From positions 1-59,707 of the IMG/VR virus record IMGVR_UViG_3300045988_124470: 59,707 nt of DNA; one strand, 5' to 3'. Below, one piece after another: positions 52,711 through 59,707 of this stretch. Below the pieces are notes generated by a model. It was not told the DNA's origin and searched no databases. It saw nothing but the letters and a program-made list of their open reading frames with translations. The stretch's first letter is position 1; the number at the start of each line of letters is the position of its first letter. The stretch is from a virus. Both the position numbers and the translations under genes were made by a program.

Positions 52711-54096
52711 ATGGACCCAATCACTATCCCCAACATCAGCATCCCGACAATCAGTATTCCTACTATTGGGATACCGTCTGTCGGTTTTCCGTCCGCTTCG
52801 GGTGGTGGCGGTCTTTCATGGCCTGCTGGTATGAAAGAGCACATCAAGGCTATCTATGACCCTGCTTCGCAGGGTATGACTAACTATGATGTGATAGAGG
52901 CCTATGTGGAGAACTTTACAACGTGGAATTATCTTAGTAGTAGAGGAAGCGCAACTGTTACTACAAATAAAATTATCATCACAAAATCATTCAGTAATAC
53001 ACAAAATATTATTGAAGATAATAAATCACCGTATGATGATATTAAAATCTATGTTACAGGAATTAGTGAAGATAATCCTTTAACGATTAATCAATATGTA
53101 GATAATAAATGGGTTAGATTACATACTTATACAACTGATGGCATTTATATTGTAAAAAATAGAAACTTGTATGTTGGATTTGGAACTTATATAACTGATG
53201 ATTGTAACATCACTATAACCCAACTCCCTACATCAATCCTAAAAGACCTTAGCGGCAACGGCAACCACGCCTATTTGTATGGTGGTAAGGGTAAGCTGAA
53301 TAGTGGTATGGGGCTTTATAAGGTTGATTTTACATCATGGAGAAAAAGTTCAGTTCAAACAGAGGTAAAACCTGATGTTGTTAAAGTTACTCCTAATACA
53401 TCTGATTATCTATTTATTCAATATGCCAATTCAGTCGAAATCCCTTCATATAAGATAAAAGTAATAGGATTAGGAGATAATGTTCTTAAGTATCAATATG
53501 CAACTGAAAATGGTAGAAAGGAGATTAATATTGTAGAGGGTGAAAATGAATTACCTACATCTATTAAGGTTAGTAATGATTATCAAATTGGTTATAGATT
53601 AACTCCAGGCACAAGTGTTTTTACCATTACCCAAATCCCCGACTACCCCGACCAGCTCTGCTACGACGGTGGTATGTGTGCGGTCGCTTATGAATTCCCT
53701 ATATTAACGGATTATACTATTATTGCTGATAGAACTTGGTTTGATATTCGTGACATATCTTGTTTTATAGGAAAAAGAAACGGAAGCGGAGATAATTTAG
53801 GGGCATTTGAGTTTGAATTTAGAGCCAATAAGACTTTTAGTTTTGGTGGAGATAATAATATAATATTTGCAGATAATAACATTGTATATCAAACAAAGAA
53901 CTCATATAATGGTGCCGAAATTAAATCGGGTTCATTAGATGATACTGATGTTCTGATTATTGGAGCTGCTCAAAGAAATGTTAATGATAAAGCACAAGAC
54001 CCATATATCGGCTGCCATGGCAAAATCATCATCGCCGACCGTAGCTTTACCGAAGATGAAATTACTTGGTTAAAGGATAATTGGGAAAAGATATGA
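52711..54096 (+). CDS. Hypothetical protein (461 aa) with N-terminal IPxIS repeats
   Basis: N-terminus ITIPNISIPTISIPTIGIPSVGFPS followed by a GGGG linker. Confidence 0.65.
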   Translation: MDPITIPNISIPTISIPTIGIPSVGFPSASGGGGLSWPAGMKEHIKAIYDPASQGMTNYDVIEAYVENFTTWNYLSSRGSATVTTNKIIITKSFSNTQNIIEDNKSPYDDIKIYVTGISEDNPLTINQYVDNKWVRLHTYTTDGIYIVKNRNLYVGFGTYITDDCNITITQLPTSILKDLSGNGNHAYLYGGKGKLNSGMGLYKVDFTSWRKSSVQTEVKPDVVKVTPNTSDYLFIQYANSVEIPSYKIKVIGLGDNVLKYQYATENGRKEINIVEGENELPTSIKVSNDYQIGYRLTPGTSVFTITQIPDYPDQLCYDGGMCAVAYEFPILTDYTIIADRTWFDIRDISCFIGKRNGSGDNLGAFEFEFRANKTFSFGGDNNIIFADNNIVYQTKNSYNGAEIKSGSLDDTDVLIIGAAQRNVNDKAQDPYIGCHGKIIIADRSFTEDEITWLKDNWEKI

Positions 54097-54557
54097 AAAG
54101 ACTATTGTATGTAATATTGCTTGCTCTGGCGGTGTGTTCTTGTAGAACGAGGACTGTTTATATGCCGGTTGAGACAAAGGTTTTTGACAGCATAATCTAC
54201 CATGACACTACATTTCAAGAGAAGCTGATACCGTACAAGGACAGCGTGTCTGTAGTCGATACAACATCATTCCTTCGTAATCCGTATGCTTATAGCTATG
54301 CTTCATGGAGTAACGGTACATTGAACCATTCATTGGGCATCTACCCTCATGCAACGGTAACAGTCAAGATACCGTACTTCATCGAAAGGATAAGAAGGAT
54401 TGAAGTGCCAAAGCCTTATCCCGTAGAAAAAGAGTTGTCATGGTGGGAAAAGTTTAAAATCAATTACGGCGGCGCCAGTCTTTCGATAAATCTAACCTGT
54501 ATTTTGTTCGTGATAGCTTGGCTCGCCATAAAGATAAGAAAGAAATTAACGATGTAG
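54093..54557 (+). CDS. Lipoprotein with C-terminal TM helix (unimolecular-spanin-like architecture)
   Basis: MKRLLYVILLALAVCSC (lipobox) and C-terminal LTCILFVIAWLAIKIRKK; the ATG at 54093 forms an ATGA overlap with the upstream stop. Confidence 0.5.
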   Translation: MKRLLYVILLALAVCSCRTRTVYMPVETKVFDSIIYHDTTFQEKLIPYKDSVSVVDTTSFLRNPYAYSYASWSNGTLNHSLGIYPHATVTVKIPYFIERIRRIEVPKPYPVEKELSWWEKFKINYGGASLSINLTCILFVIAWLAIKIRKKLTM

Positions 54558-54584
54558 AAGTCGGCTTATCGCTGGCGCTCTTTC

Positions 54585-54612
54585 GGGGGCTTAGAGTAAA
54601 AAGAAAGCCCCC
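54585..54612 (+). terminator. Hairpin terminator candidate
   Basis: 8-bp stem gggggctt/aagccccc; no clear T-run. Confidence 0.4.
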
Positions 54613-54649
54613 AACGTTTCACGTTAATATTGCCACATAAAAACATGAT

Positions 54650-54707
54650 AAGCATAAGACAATGCACGTTGGAGGCTTTAATATCTTCAACGCATTGTCT
54701 TATGCTT
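54650..54707. promoter_or_regulatory. Long imperfect inverted repeat (16 + 7 bp stem)
   Basis: aagcataagacaatgc(54650-65)..gttggag..cttcaac..gcattgtcttatgctt(54692-707). Confidence 0.5.
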
Positions 54708-54769
54708 TGTTCATTGAATCTCATGTTCTATGTGGCAGGGCAAAGATAAATATAAAATTTAGAAAAACT

Positions 54770-55063
54770 ATGTGTAAGTCAGAAATCTTTGCCGAAACAA
54801 TCAATCTCGTCTCGCAGGAGACGGAAATTCCAGTCAATCGAATACTATCCTCGGATAAGGATACGGAGACCGTAGACGCCCGCTATCTGCTTGTCCGGCT
54901 GTTGGTTGAAAGGGGCATGTATCCGTCTCAAATAGCCTTACAAATCCATAAGACCAAGCGTGCGATAAACTACATGATTTCCAATTTCCAGGAGCGTATG
55001 GAAGGTGGGAAAATGTTGAGAATATATTGGGAAAATATAAAGAAATCGTTGGGAAACAACTGA
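54770..55063 (+). CDS. DnaA-domain-IV-like HTH protein (start trimmed to Met at 54770)
   Basis: ILSSDKDTETVDARYLLVRLLVERGMYPSQIALQIHKTKRAINYMISNF resembles the Bac_DnaA_C HTH pattern. Confidence 0.5.
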   Translation: MCKSEIFAETINLVSQETEIPVNRILSSDKDTETVDARYLLVRLLVERGMYPSQIALQIHKTKRAINYMISNFQERMEGGKMLRIYWENIKKSLGNN

Positions 55064-55086
55064 TTTCATGGCAGATTACGTATTTA

Positions 55087-55116
55087 TACTTTTGTGATGC
55101 GGTTGATTTTGACCGT
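55087..55116 (+). promoter_or_regulatory. Late promoter/leader-hairpin module copy E
   Basis: -7 TActTTTG (55087-94), hairpin gcggt-TGATTTTG-accgt (55099-55116); ATG 21 nt downstream. Confidence 0.5.
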
Positions 55117-55136
55117 AATACAAAATATAAATCTCT

Positions 55137-56126
55137 ATGGAAAGAACGTATGTCTTCAATCAAGACGGGAACAACGGAAATGGTGGCGGAAGCAAATTCG
55201 ACATCATGGCTATGTTGCCCAACTTGATGGGAAGCAAGGGTGTAGACCCCGGACTTCTCGCTTTACTTAACCAGGGACGTGGCAGCCAAGACCAATGGGG
55301 CGGCTCGTGGTGGTTCATCTGGATTATCCTGCTATGGTTCTGTTGGGGCGGTAACGGCTTCGGTAACCGCTTTGGCAATGGCGGCGGTCTGCCTGCCGAG
55401 CTTAACGGTGATGTGGGTCGTGAATACCTGATGTCAGCCATTCAGGGTAACGGTAACGCCATCAATCAGATTGCCTCTTCTTTGAACTGCTCTACCCAGC
55501 AGTTGCAAAGCGCCTTGTGTAACATTCAAGGACTTATCGCCAATGTGGGCAATCAGGTGGGCATGTCTACCCAGCAAATCATCAACGCATTCCAGTCCGG
55601 CAATCAGGCTGTTCTCACACAATTGGCAGATTGCTGCTGCAAGACGCAGAACGCCATTACCACAATGGGCTATGAGAACCAGCTTGCCATGTGTAACCAA
55701 ACCAATACTTTGGTTAACACGGCTAACCAGAACACTTTGTCATTGCGTGACGGTGCAACCGCCAATACTCAGGCTATCATCGCCAAGTTGGATGCCATGC
55801 AGAACCAGGCACTGCAAGACAAGATTGCTTCTCTGACTGCGGAAAAAGCCACTTTGACCGCTGAAATCTCTCAACGTAACCAAAACGCCACTATCCTGAA
55901 TGCGGTAGGACAACAGATTGCTCCTTTGGCGGCAGGCTTGCAGGCATTGCAAAGCGACGTTGACGGCATCAAATGTAAGTTGCCTAACACAGTTCCGGTA
56001 CAATATCCGAACATTGTCGGCGTAAACCTTGACACTTACCGCGCTGCCGCCTTTGGCGCTTATGCCGGTGATGCTGCATACGGTCGTAGCGGTTATGGAT
56101 GTGGTTGCAACAACTACTGGGGTTAA
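55137..56126 (+). CDS. Gly/Gln/Asn-rich membrane protein of unknown function
   Basis: 329 aa. Trp-rich TM segment WWFIWIILLWFCW flanked by GNG repeats, a long Q/N-rich helical region, and C-terminus GYGCGCNNYWG. Confidence 0.7.
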   Translation: MERTYVFNQDGNNGNGGGSKFDIMAMLPNLMGSKGVDPGLLALLNQGRGSQDQWGGSWWFIWIILLWFCWGGNGFGNRFGNGGGLPAELNGDVGREYLMSAIQGNGNAINQIASSLNCSTQQLQSALCNIQGLIANVGNQVGMSTQQIINAFQSGNQAVLTQLADCCCKTQNAITTMGYENQLAMCNQTNTLVNTANQNTLSLRDGATANTQAIIAKLDAMQNQALQDKIASLTAEKATLTAEISQRNQNATILNAVGQQIAPLAAGLQALQSDVDGIKCKLPNTVPVQYPNIVGVNLDTYRAAAFGAYAGDAAYGRSGYGCGCNNYWG

Positions 56127-56149
56127 TTCCGGTAAGAAAGGGGGTAATT

Positions 56150-56566
56150 ATGTGGCCTAACTTTTTTACAGGATTTCCTTTCCAGTTCCCGTCACTTGGC
56201 AGAGTGAACTACAATACTCTTCCTACGGTGGCTGTAACGGTCGGTACGGAGAACGTCATTTTGGAACTTCCTAATCATGCGTTCCGTAACAGGAACTATG
56301 TCGGTGGTTTCTATGTAAGTCTCCGTCAGGCAATACCTGCCGGCACGACTGCTACACTCCCGATACTGATAGGGACTAACGGGGATACAAGACCGTTGCT
56401 GGCTTACAACAATGAGCCGGTGACTGTCGGCAACCTTGCCGGAACGGGTATCTACGAAATCCACTATAACAAGTACACCAATGAGCTGTTTCTTGTCAAC
56501 GGTGGGTATCGTCCGACAACCACGTCAGCGGCGACAGCAGAAGCAACCGCTCAAAAGAGCAAGTAG
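56150..56566 (+). CDS. Hypothetical protein (start trimmed to Met at 56150)
   Basis: 138 aa; followed by a strong hairpin. Confidence 0.65.
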   Translation: MWPNFFTGFPFQFPSLGRVNYNTLPTVAVTVGTENVILELPNHAFRNRNYVGGFYVSLRQAIPAGTTATLPILIGTNGDTRPLLAYNNEPVTVGNLAGTGIYEIHYNKYTNELFLVNGGYRPTTTSAATAEATAQKSK

Positions 56567-56573
56567 TTAACCT

Positions 56574-56604
56574 GACCCCGGGACATATTTTGTCGTCCGG
56601 GGTC
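56574..56604 (+). terminator. Hairpin terminator candidate
   Basis: 8-bp GC-rich stem gaccccgg/ccggggtc. Confidence 0.5.
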
Positions 56605-56622
56605 TATTAAAACCAAATCATT

Positions 56623-57165
56623 ATGTTTCAATCACTTCGTACCAATAACCAGTTATATATACTTCATAAGGATGCCAATCCGTATATCGAATACGGCCCG
56701 GTAGTCAGCGTTTCAGCTCCCAAACCGAAATACCCTATGGCTACTCCTATGGGGCAAATGCCTCAAATGGAAATGGTTGTGGATATTGTGGTCTGCATCA
56801 ACGGACAAAACACCACATTTCAAAACCTTCCTGCCGGCATGGATATAGCCGATTTCGGGCAGAACGGCAATATTGTGGTATCATGCTCTCGTGATGCGAT
56901 GAATAACGAAGTCGCTTCTATGAAGCAGAAAAGCATAGACATCATCAACAGTATGGACTTTCATAACTCTGTCATTGCGGGATGTGACAAGATGCTGACG
57001 CTCTTAAACCCTGAATTTGCAGAGAAACAGCGTCAGGAGCAGGAAATATCCTCTCTGAAAGGGCAAATGGCAGAAATGAACAAGAACATGGCAGACCTTA
57101 TGGATTTGAATAAACGACTTATGGAGCAGCTCGGAGTGGCTGAAACATCTAAAACAAAAAAATAA
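56623..57165 (+). CDS. Hypothetical protein (180 aa) with C-terminal coiled coil
   Basis: ORF track. Confidence 0.65.
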   Translation: MFQSLRTNNQLYILHKDANPYIEYGPVVSVSAPKPKYPMATPMGQMPQMEMVVDIVVCINGQNTTFQNLPAGMDIADFGQNGNIVVSCSRDAMNNEVASMKQKSIDIINSMDFHNSVIAGCDKMLTLLNPEFAEKQRQEQEISSLKGQMAEMNKNMADLMDLNKRLMEQLGVAETSKTKK

Positions 57166-57166
57166 T

Positions 57167-57499
57167 ATGGGAATGTGGGAAATATTGGAAGAAGGACGCG
57201 GTGAATATGACCGTGACTTCGGTATGAAAAGCGGTAATCCTATGGAAGAAGCCTACAAAGAGGGTTTCCGTCATGGTTACGAGAAAGCCATGCGTGAGAT
57301 GCAGGGCGGCGAAATAAGTTATCGTAATAGCGGTGGCTCACGCGGCGGAAGTTATAGCGGTGGTTCGGACATGAGCGAACGCCGTATGCCGGGTTACTTC
57401 CCGGAATATCCGATTTACAGCGAACGCCGCAGCGCACAGCCTTATGGCGAAGATATGAGCGAACGTAGACGCAGACGTGCCAACGGGGAGTTCATGTAA
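57167..57499 (+). CDS. Hypothetical Gly/Ser/Arg-rich protein (110 aa)
   Basis: ORF track; internal repeat DMSERR x2. Confidence 0.6.
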   Translation: MGMWEILEEGRGEYDRDFGMKSGNPMEEAYKEGFRHGYEKAMREMQGGEISYRNSGGSRGGSYSGGSDMSERRMPGYFPEYPIYSERRSAQPYGEDMSERRRRRANGEFM

Positions 57500-57502
57500 T
57501 GG

Positions 57503-57522
57503 AGAGGGGAGTAATCCCCTCT
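57503..57522 (+). terminator. Hairpin terminator candidate
   Basis: 8-bp stem agagggga/tcccctct, loop gtaa, followed by ttt. Confidence 0.55.
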
Positions 57523-57550
57523 TTTGCCAATCACTTAAAATCAGAAAAAT

Positions 57551-57970
57551 ATGAAACAAAGATTAGATACATACGACAGGATACCGCCGGCAATGGCTGA
57601 TTATCTTAGCCAGTATGGTTGGCATTTCAGCAAAAAAATGTGCTTATGGGCTGTTTCCCGCATGAAAGTGGAAAATAAAGCTACGGGTAAAGAGGAAAAA
57701 CTGGAGCCAATCAGTAAAGAGCAGGTGGAAGAACTGCTAAAGAAATATGGCGTAAAACTGGAAAAGGACGCAGGGTATGATTGCGTTTACGTGGCCAACA
57801 TGGCGAAGTCGGATTACTACAAGAGTTCAATAGTGGACGAAGCTCATCTTGCCTTGTTTATCAAGGATTACATAGATGACGTGGACGCTTATAATGGAAT
57901 GCCTTTCACTCGGTTCTACGCCGACTGTATAGGTTCAGGCAATCCTATCATGTGGGAAGAGATGATGTAA
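57551..57970 (+). CDS. Hypothetical protein (139 aa)
   Basis: ORF track. Confidence 0.65.
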   Translation: MKQRLDTYDRIPPAMADYLSQYGWHFSKKMCLWAVSRMKVENKATGKEEKLEPISKEQVEELLKKYGVKLEKDAGYDCVYVANMAKSDYYKSSIVDEAHLALFIKDYIDDVDAYNGMPFTRFYADCIGSGNPIMWEEMM

Positions 57971-57973
57971 TCT

Positions 57974-58396
57974 ATGATAGTGCAGGAGTTTTACATACCG
58001 GACTATGATTGGGAAGTGAGGGTATATTACGCAGTGGACTGCTATTATACCGACCGCATCATCGCCGACCTTCAACGGGTAGGATGCAGGGGATTGGATT
58101 TGGTGAATGCCTATAAGAACATGCGCGCATGTAATCTGAACACAGGCATCACCTATTCCAATATCCGGAACAGAGAGACCGTAATGGTTATTGCTCTTAC
58201 TTCTTCGCCGGAAGAGTTTCAGAACTCTTTCGACCATGAAAAGGGGCATCTATGCCGGCATATCTCACGTGCATTTGGCATCGACCCGTACGGGGAAGAG
58301 GCGCAGTATCTTAGTGGGTATGTGGGGCAGAAGATGTTTCCGGTAGCAAAGAAATTTTTGTGTGAACATTGCAGACGTAGCTTATGTGGGAAATAG
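57974..58396 (+). CDS. Small protein with an HExxH zinc-metallopeptidase-like motif
   Basis: FDHEKGHLCRHI (HExxH); 140 aa. Confidence 0.55.
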   Translation: MIVQEFYIPDYDWEVRVYYAVDCYYTDRIIADLQRVGCRGLDLVNAYKNMRACNLNTGITYSNIRNRETVMVIALTSSPEEFQNSFDHEKGHLCRHISRAFGIDPYGEEAQYLSGYVGQKMFPVAKKFLCEHCRRSLCGK

Positions 58397-58563
58397 TACA
58401 AGCCATCTTATCAGGCAAATCACGGGAAGAAGTATATAGCATGCTTTCTCCCGAACAGAAGGAAACGCTGAATAGTCTCGCCGCGGCAAACGGCATAAAT
58501 CGTAAACAACGTAGAAAACTTGAACGTGATGCGAAAAAGGGATTACATAGACGAACTACTTGA
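58384..58563 (+). CDS. Hypothetical 59-aa protein (not in the ORF track)
   Basis: Hand translation: MWEIVQAILSGKSREEVYSMLSPEQKETLNSLAAANGINRKQRRKLERDAKKGLHRRTT. Confidence 0.4.
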   Translation: MWEIVQAILSGKSREEVYSMLSPEQKETLNSLAAANGINRKQRRKLERDAKKGLHRRTT

Positions 58564-58733
58564 ATTGGCGGACAATGTCCTTTACATGGACTATTGCCGC
58601 CTTTTCCGGGTTATCCAATGGAACGTTTAGAACGCTTTGAACGGGTTCTCCATTGGGTAATACCGCTTGCTGTTTTGGCAAGGGTTATATCGTTGTGTTT
58701 TTGATACGCTGCAACCTCTTTCGTTTATTGAGT

Positions 58734-59150
58734 TTACAAGCTAATATTTTCTACTTCATTCAGTTTTCTGCCACACATCGGGCAAAAGTTAATTGCTATT
58801 TCATCATTAAAAGAAGAATCACACGAATATGCGTCATAATCAACATGAAGCGTTCTACCATAGATTGTTAAATCGCAGGTTTCACCAAAATCTACCGGTT
58901 TAACTCTTTCTTTATATCCATATTTTAAACGTCCTTTTCTTGAACGACCTAAGCACCCCCATTCTTTTATCAATTCACCTTTACAGAATTTACACCCGTT
59001 ATTATCTGTTGTATGGTGTTTTTCTGCCCAAGTAACACCAGAACCAAACATGTTTATCATGTCGGTTCTATCAAATCCCTCTAAGCCATTCAAATCATCT
59101 ATGATAGAATTAGCTGCCAATTCTATTTCTTTACCTCTATCCATAATCAT
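58734..59150 (-). CDS. Cys-rich (zinc-ribbon-like) hypothetical protein
   Basis: CKFC ... CPMCGRKL pairs; 138 aa. Confidence 0.6.
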   Translation of the reverse strand: MIMDRGKEIELAANSIIDDLNGLEGFDRTDMINMFGSGVTWAEKHHTTDNNGCKFCKGELIKEWGCLGRSRKGRLKYGYKERVKPVDFGETCDLTIYGRTLHVDYDAYSCDSSFNDEIAINFCPMCGRKLNEVENISL

Positions 59151-59156
59151 TCAATT

Positions 59157-59450
59157 CTATAAGTTCTCTAACATACATTGTCCGCATTGATGAAAAAAAT
59201 CATTTTCTCTCAACTTTGAAGCAATTTCATAAGCTATATCATACGCCAGCTCATCTAAATCCTCGCCCAAGTAATATATCTCGTCTTGCAGGGAGGCGAA
59301 ATCTTCGTCCTGTTCAATTTGTTTTTTGAAGTAATCAAATCCCACTTTTTCATCTTCAAAGAAATCAGCCCATATCCAACTATCTTTGCTAATGTCATCA
59401 AATTGACGTTTGAGAGATTGGTATGCTGATTTTAGAAACTCTTCGTTCAT
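59157..59450 (-). CDS. Highly acidic hypothetical protein
   Basis: 97 aa with 25 D/E versus 9 K/R by hand count. Confidence 0.6.
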   Translation of the reverse strand: MNEEFLKSAYQSLKRQFDDISKDSWIWADFFEDEKVGFDYFKKQIEQDEDFASLQDEIYYLGEDLDELAYDIAYEIASKLRENDFFHQCGQCMLENL

Positions 59451-59492
59451 AATCGTGTATATTGTGGTAGCTCGAAGGCTACCGGATTAAAC

Positions 59493-59707
59493 TTAAAAAC
59501 AATCAATATTAGTTATTATAGGGCAGTCCAACTCTACATCTGTGTCATATTGCTCTTTAACATCATTATATGATGTGCCCCAATATCCGTTAACAGTCTT
59601 ATATACTTTGCTGCTACTTAATGCTCTTTTCTTACGATGATACTCACCGCAGTCCATTTTCATTATATTAGATATAAAATCTTTTCCAGATTTATCTTTT
59701 ACTTCAA
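59493..59707 (-). CDS. C-terminal part of the junction-spanning ORF (continues from 142..1)
   Basis: Stop at 59493-59495; ...MKMDCGEYHRKKRALSSSKVYKTVNGYWGTSYNDVKEQYDTDVELDCPIITNIDCF. Confidence 0.5.
   Translation of the reverse strand, partial: EVKDKSGKDFISNIMKMDCGEYHRKKRALSSSKVYKTVNGYWGTSYNDVKEQYDTDVELDCPIITNIDCF
59657..59707. repeat. Terminal direct repeat copy 2 (circular-assembly overlap)
   Basis: Identical to nt 1-51. Confidence 0.95.

Larger units (their letters stand above)
1..59707. mobile_element. Complete temperate tailed-phage genome (siphovirus-like), circularly closed contig
   Basis: Integrase + attP, repressor-like HTH, terS/terL/portal/protease/capsid/tape-measure/fibre/lysis modules; first 51 nt identical to last 51 nt. 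Confidence 0.9.

Overview
The window is a complete, circularly closed temperate tailed-phage genome. The first 51 nt are identical to the last 51 nt, leaving about 59,656 bp of unique sequence. It is siphovirus-like, AT-rich, and carries Bacteroidota-style promoters (-7 TAnnTTTG), so a Bacteroidales host is inferred.

Layout:
- A long leftward (minus-strand) early operon runs from about 20339 to 1270. It encodes YopX, a DUF2829/Tad2-like protein, a DUF551-like protein, a DnaC-like loader, a replication organiser, VRR-NUC, NinB-like, SSB-like, a PD-(D/E)xK nuclease, an AAA_24 ATPase and an excisionase-like HTH.
- A lysogeny and moron region spans 20.3-27.5 kb. It holds a repressor-like HTH, a TIR-like protein, a lipoprotein, a Bro-N/T5orf172 protein, attP carrying the 3' part of tRNA-Gly(CCC), and a tyrosine integrase.
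- A rightward late operon spans 27.6-58.6 kb. It encodes terS, terL, portal, HK97-type protease and capsid, tail genes, a 1283-aa tape measure, fibres, holin and M15 endolysin, followed by a GC-richer module of unknown function.
- A short leftward operon crosses the contig junction.

Most notable observations:
1. A complete diversity-generating retroelement (DGR: RT, one TR, two VRs). 20 of 21 TR/VR mismatches fall at TR adenines. It diversifies two tandem small paralogous proteins in the early operon that have no signal peptide and no obvious C-type-lectin signature.
2. Three GC-rich non-coding islands in the early operon. Each carries a tRNA-like element with a good acceptor stem (perfect in two elements, 6 of 7 pairs in the third), a canonical T-arm and a GG D-loop, but a greatly oversized anticodon region (105, 115 and 144 nt).
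3. A five-copy late promoter plus 5'-leader hairpin module (8-nt loop, compensatory stem changes) in front of the late gene blocks.
4. Several defence or anti-defence morons: a TIR-like protein, an HTH + HEPN-like pair, YefM-YoeB inserted antisense in the tail operon, and a Tad2-like DUF2829 protein.

All functional calls come from motif recognition by eye. No database search was run.
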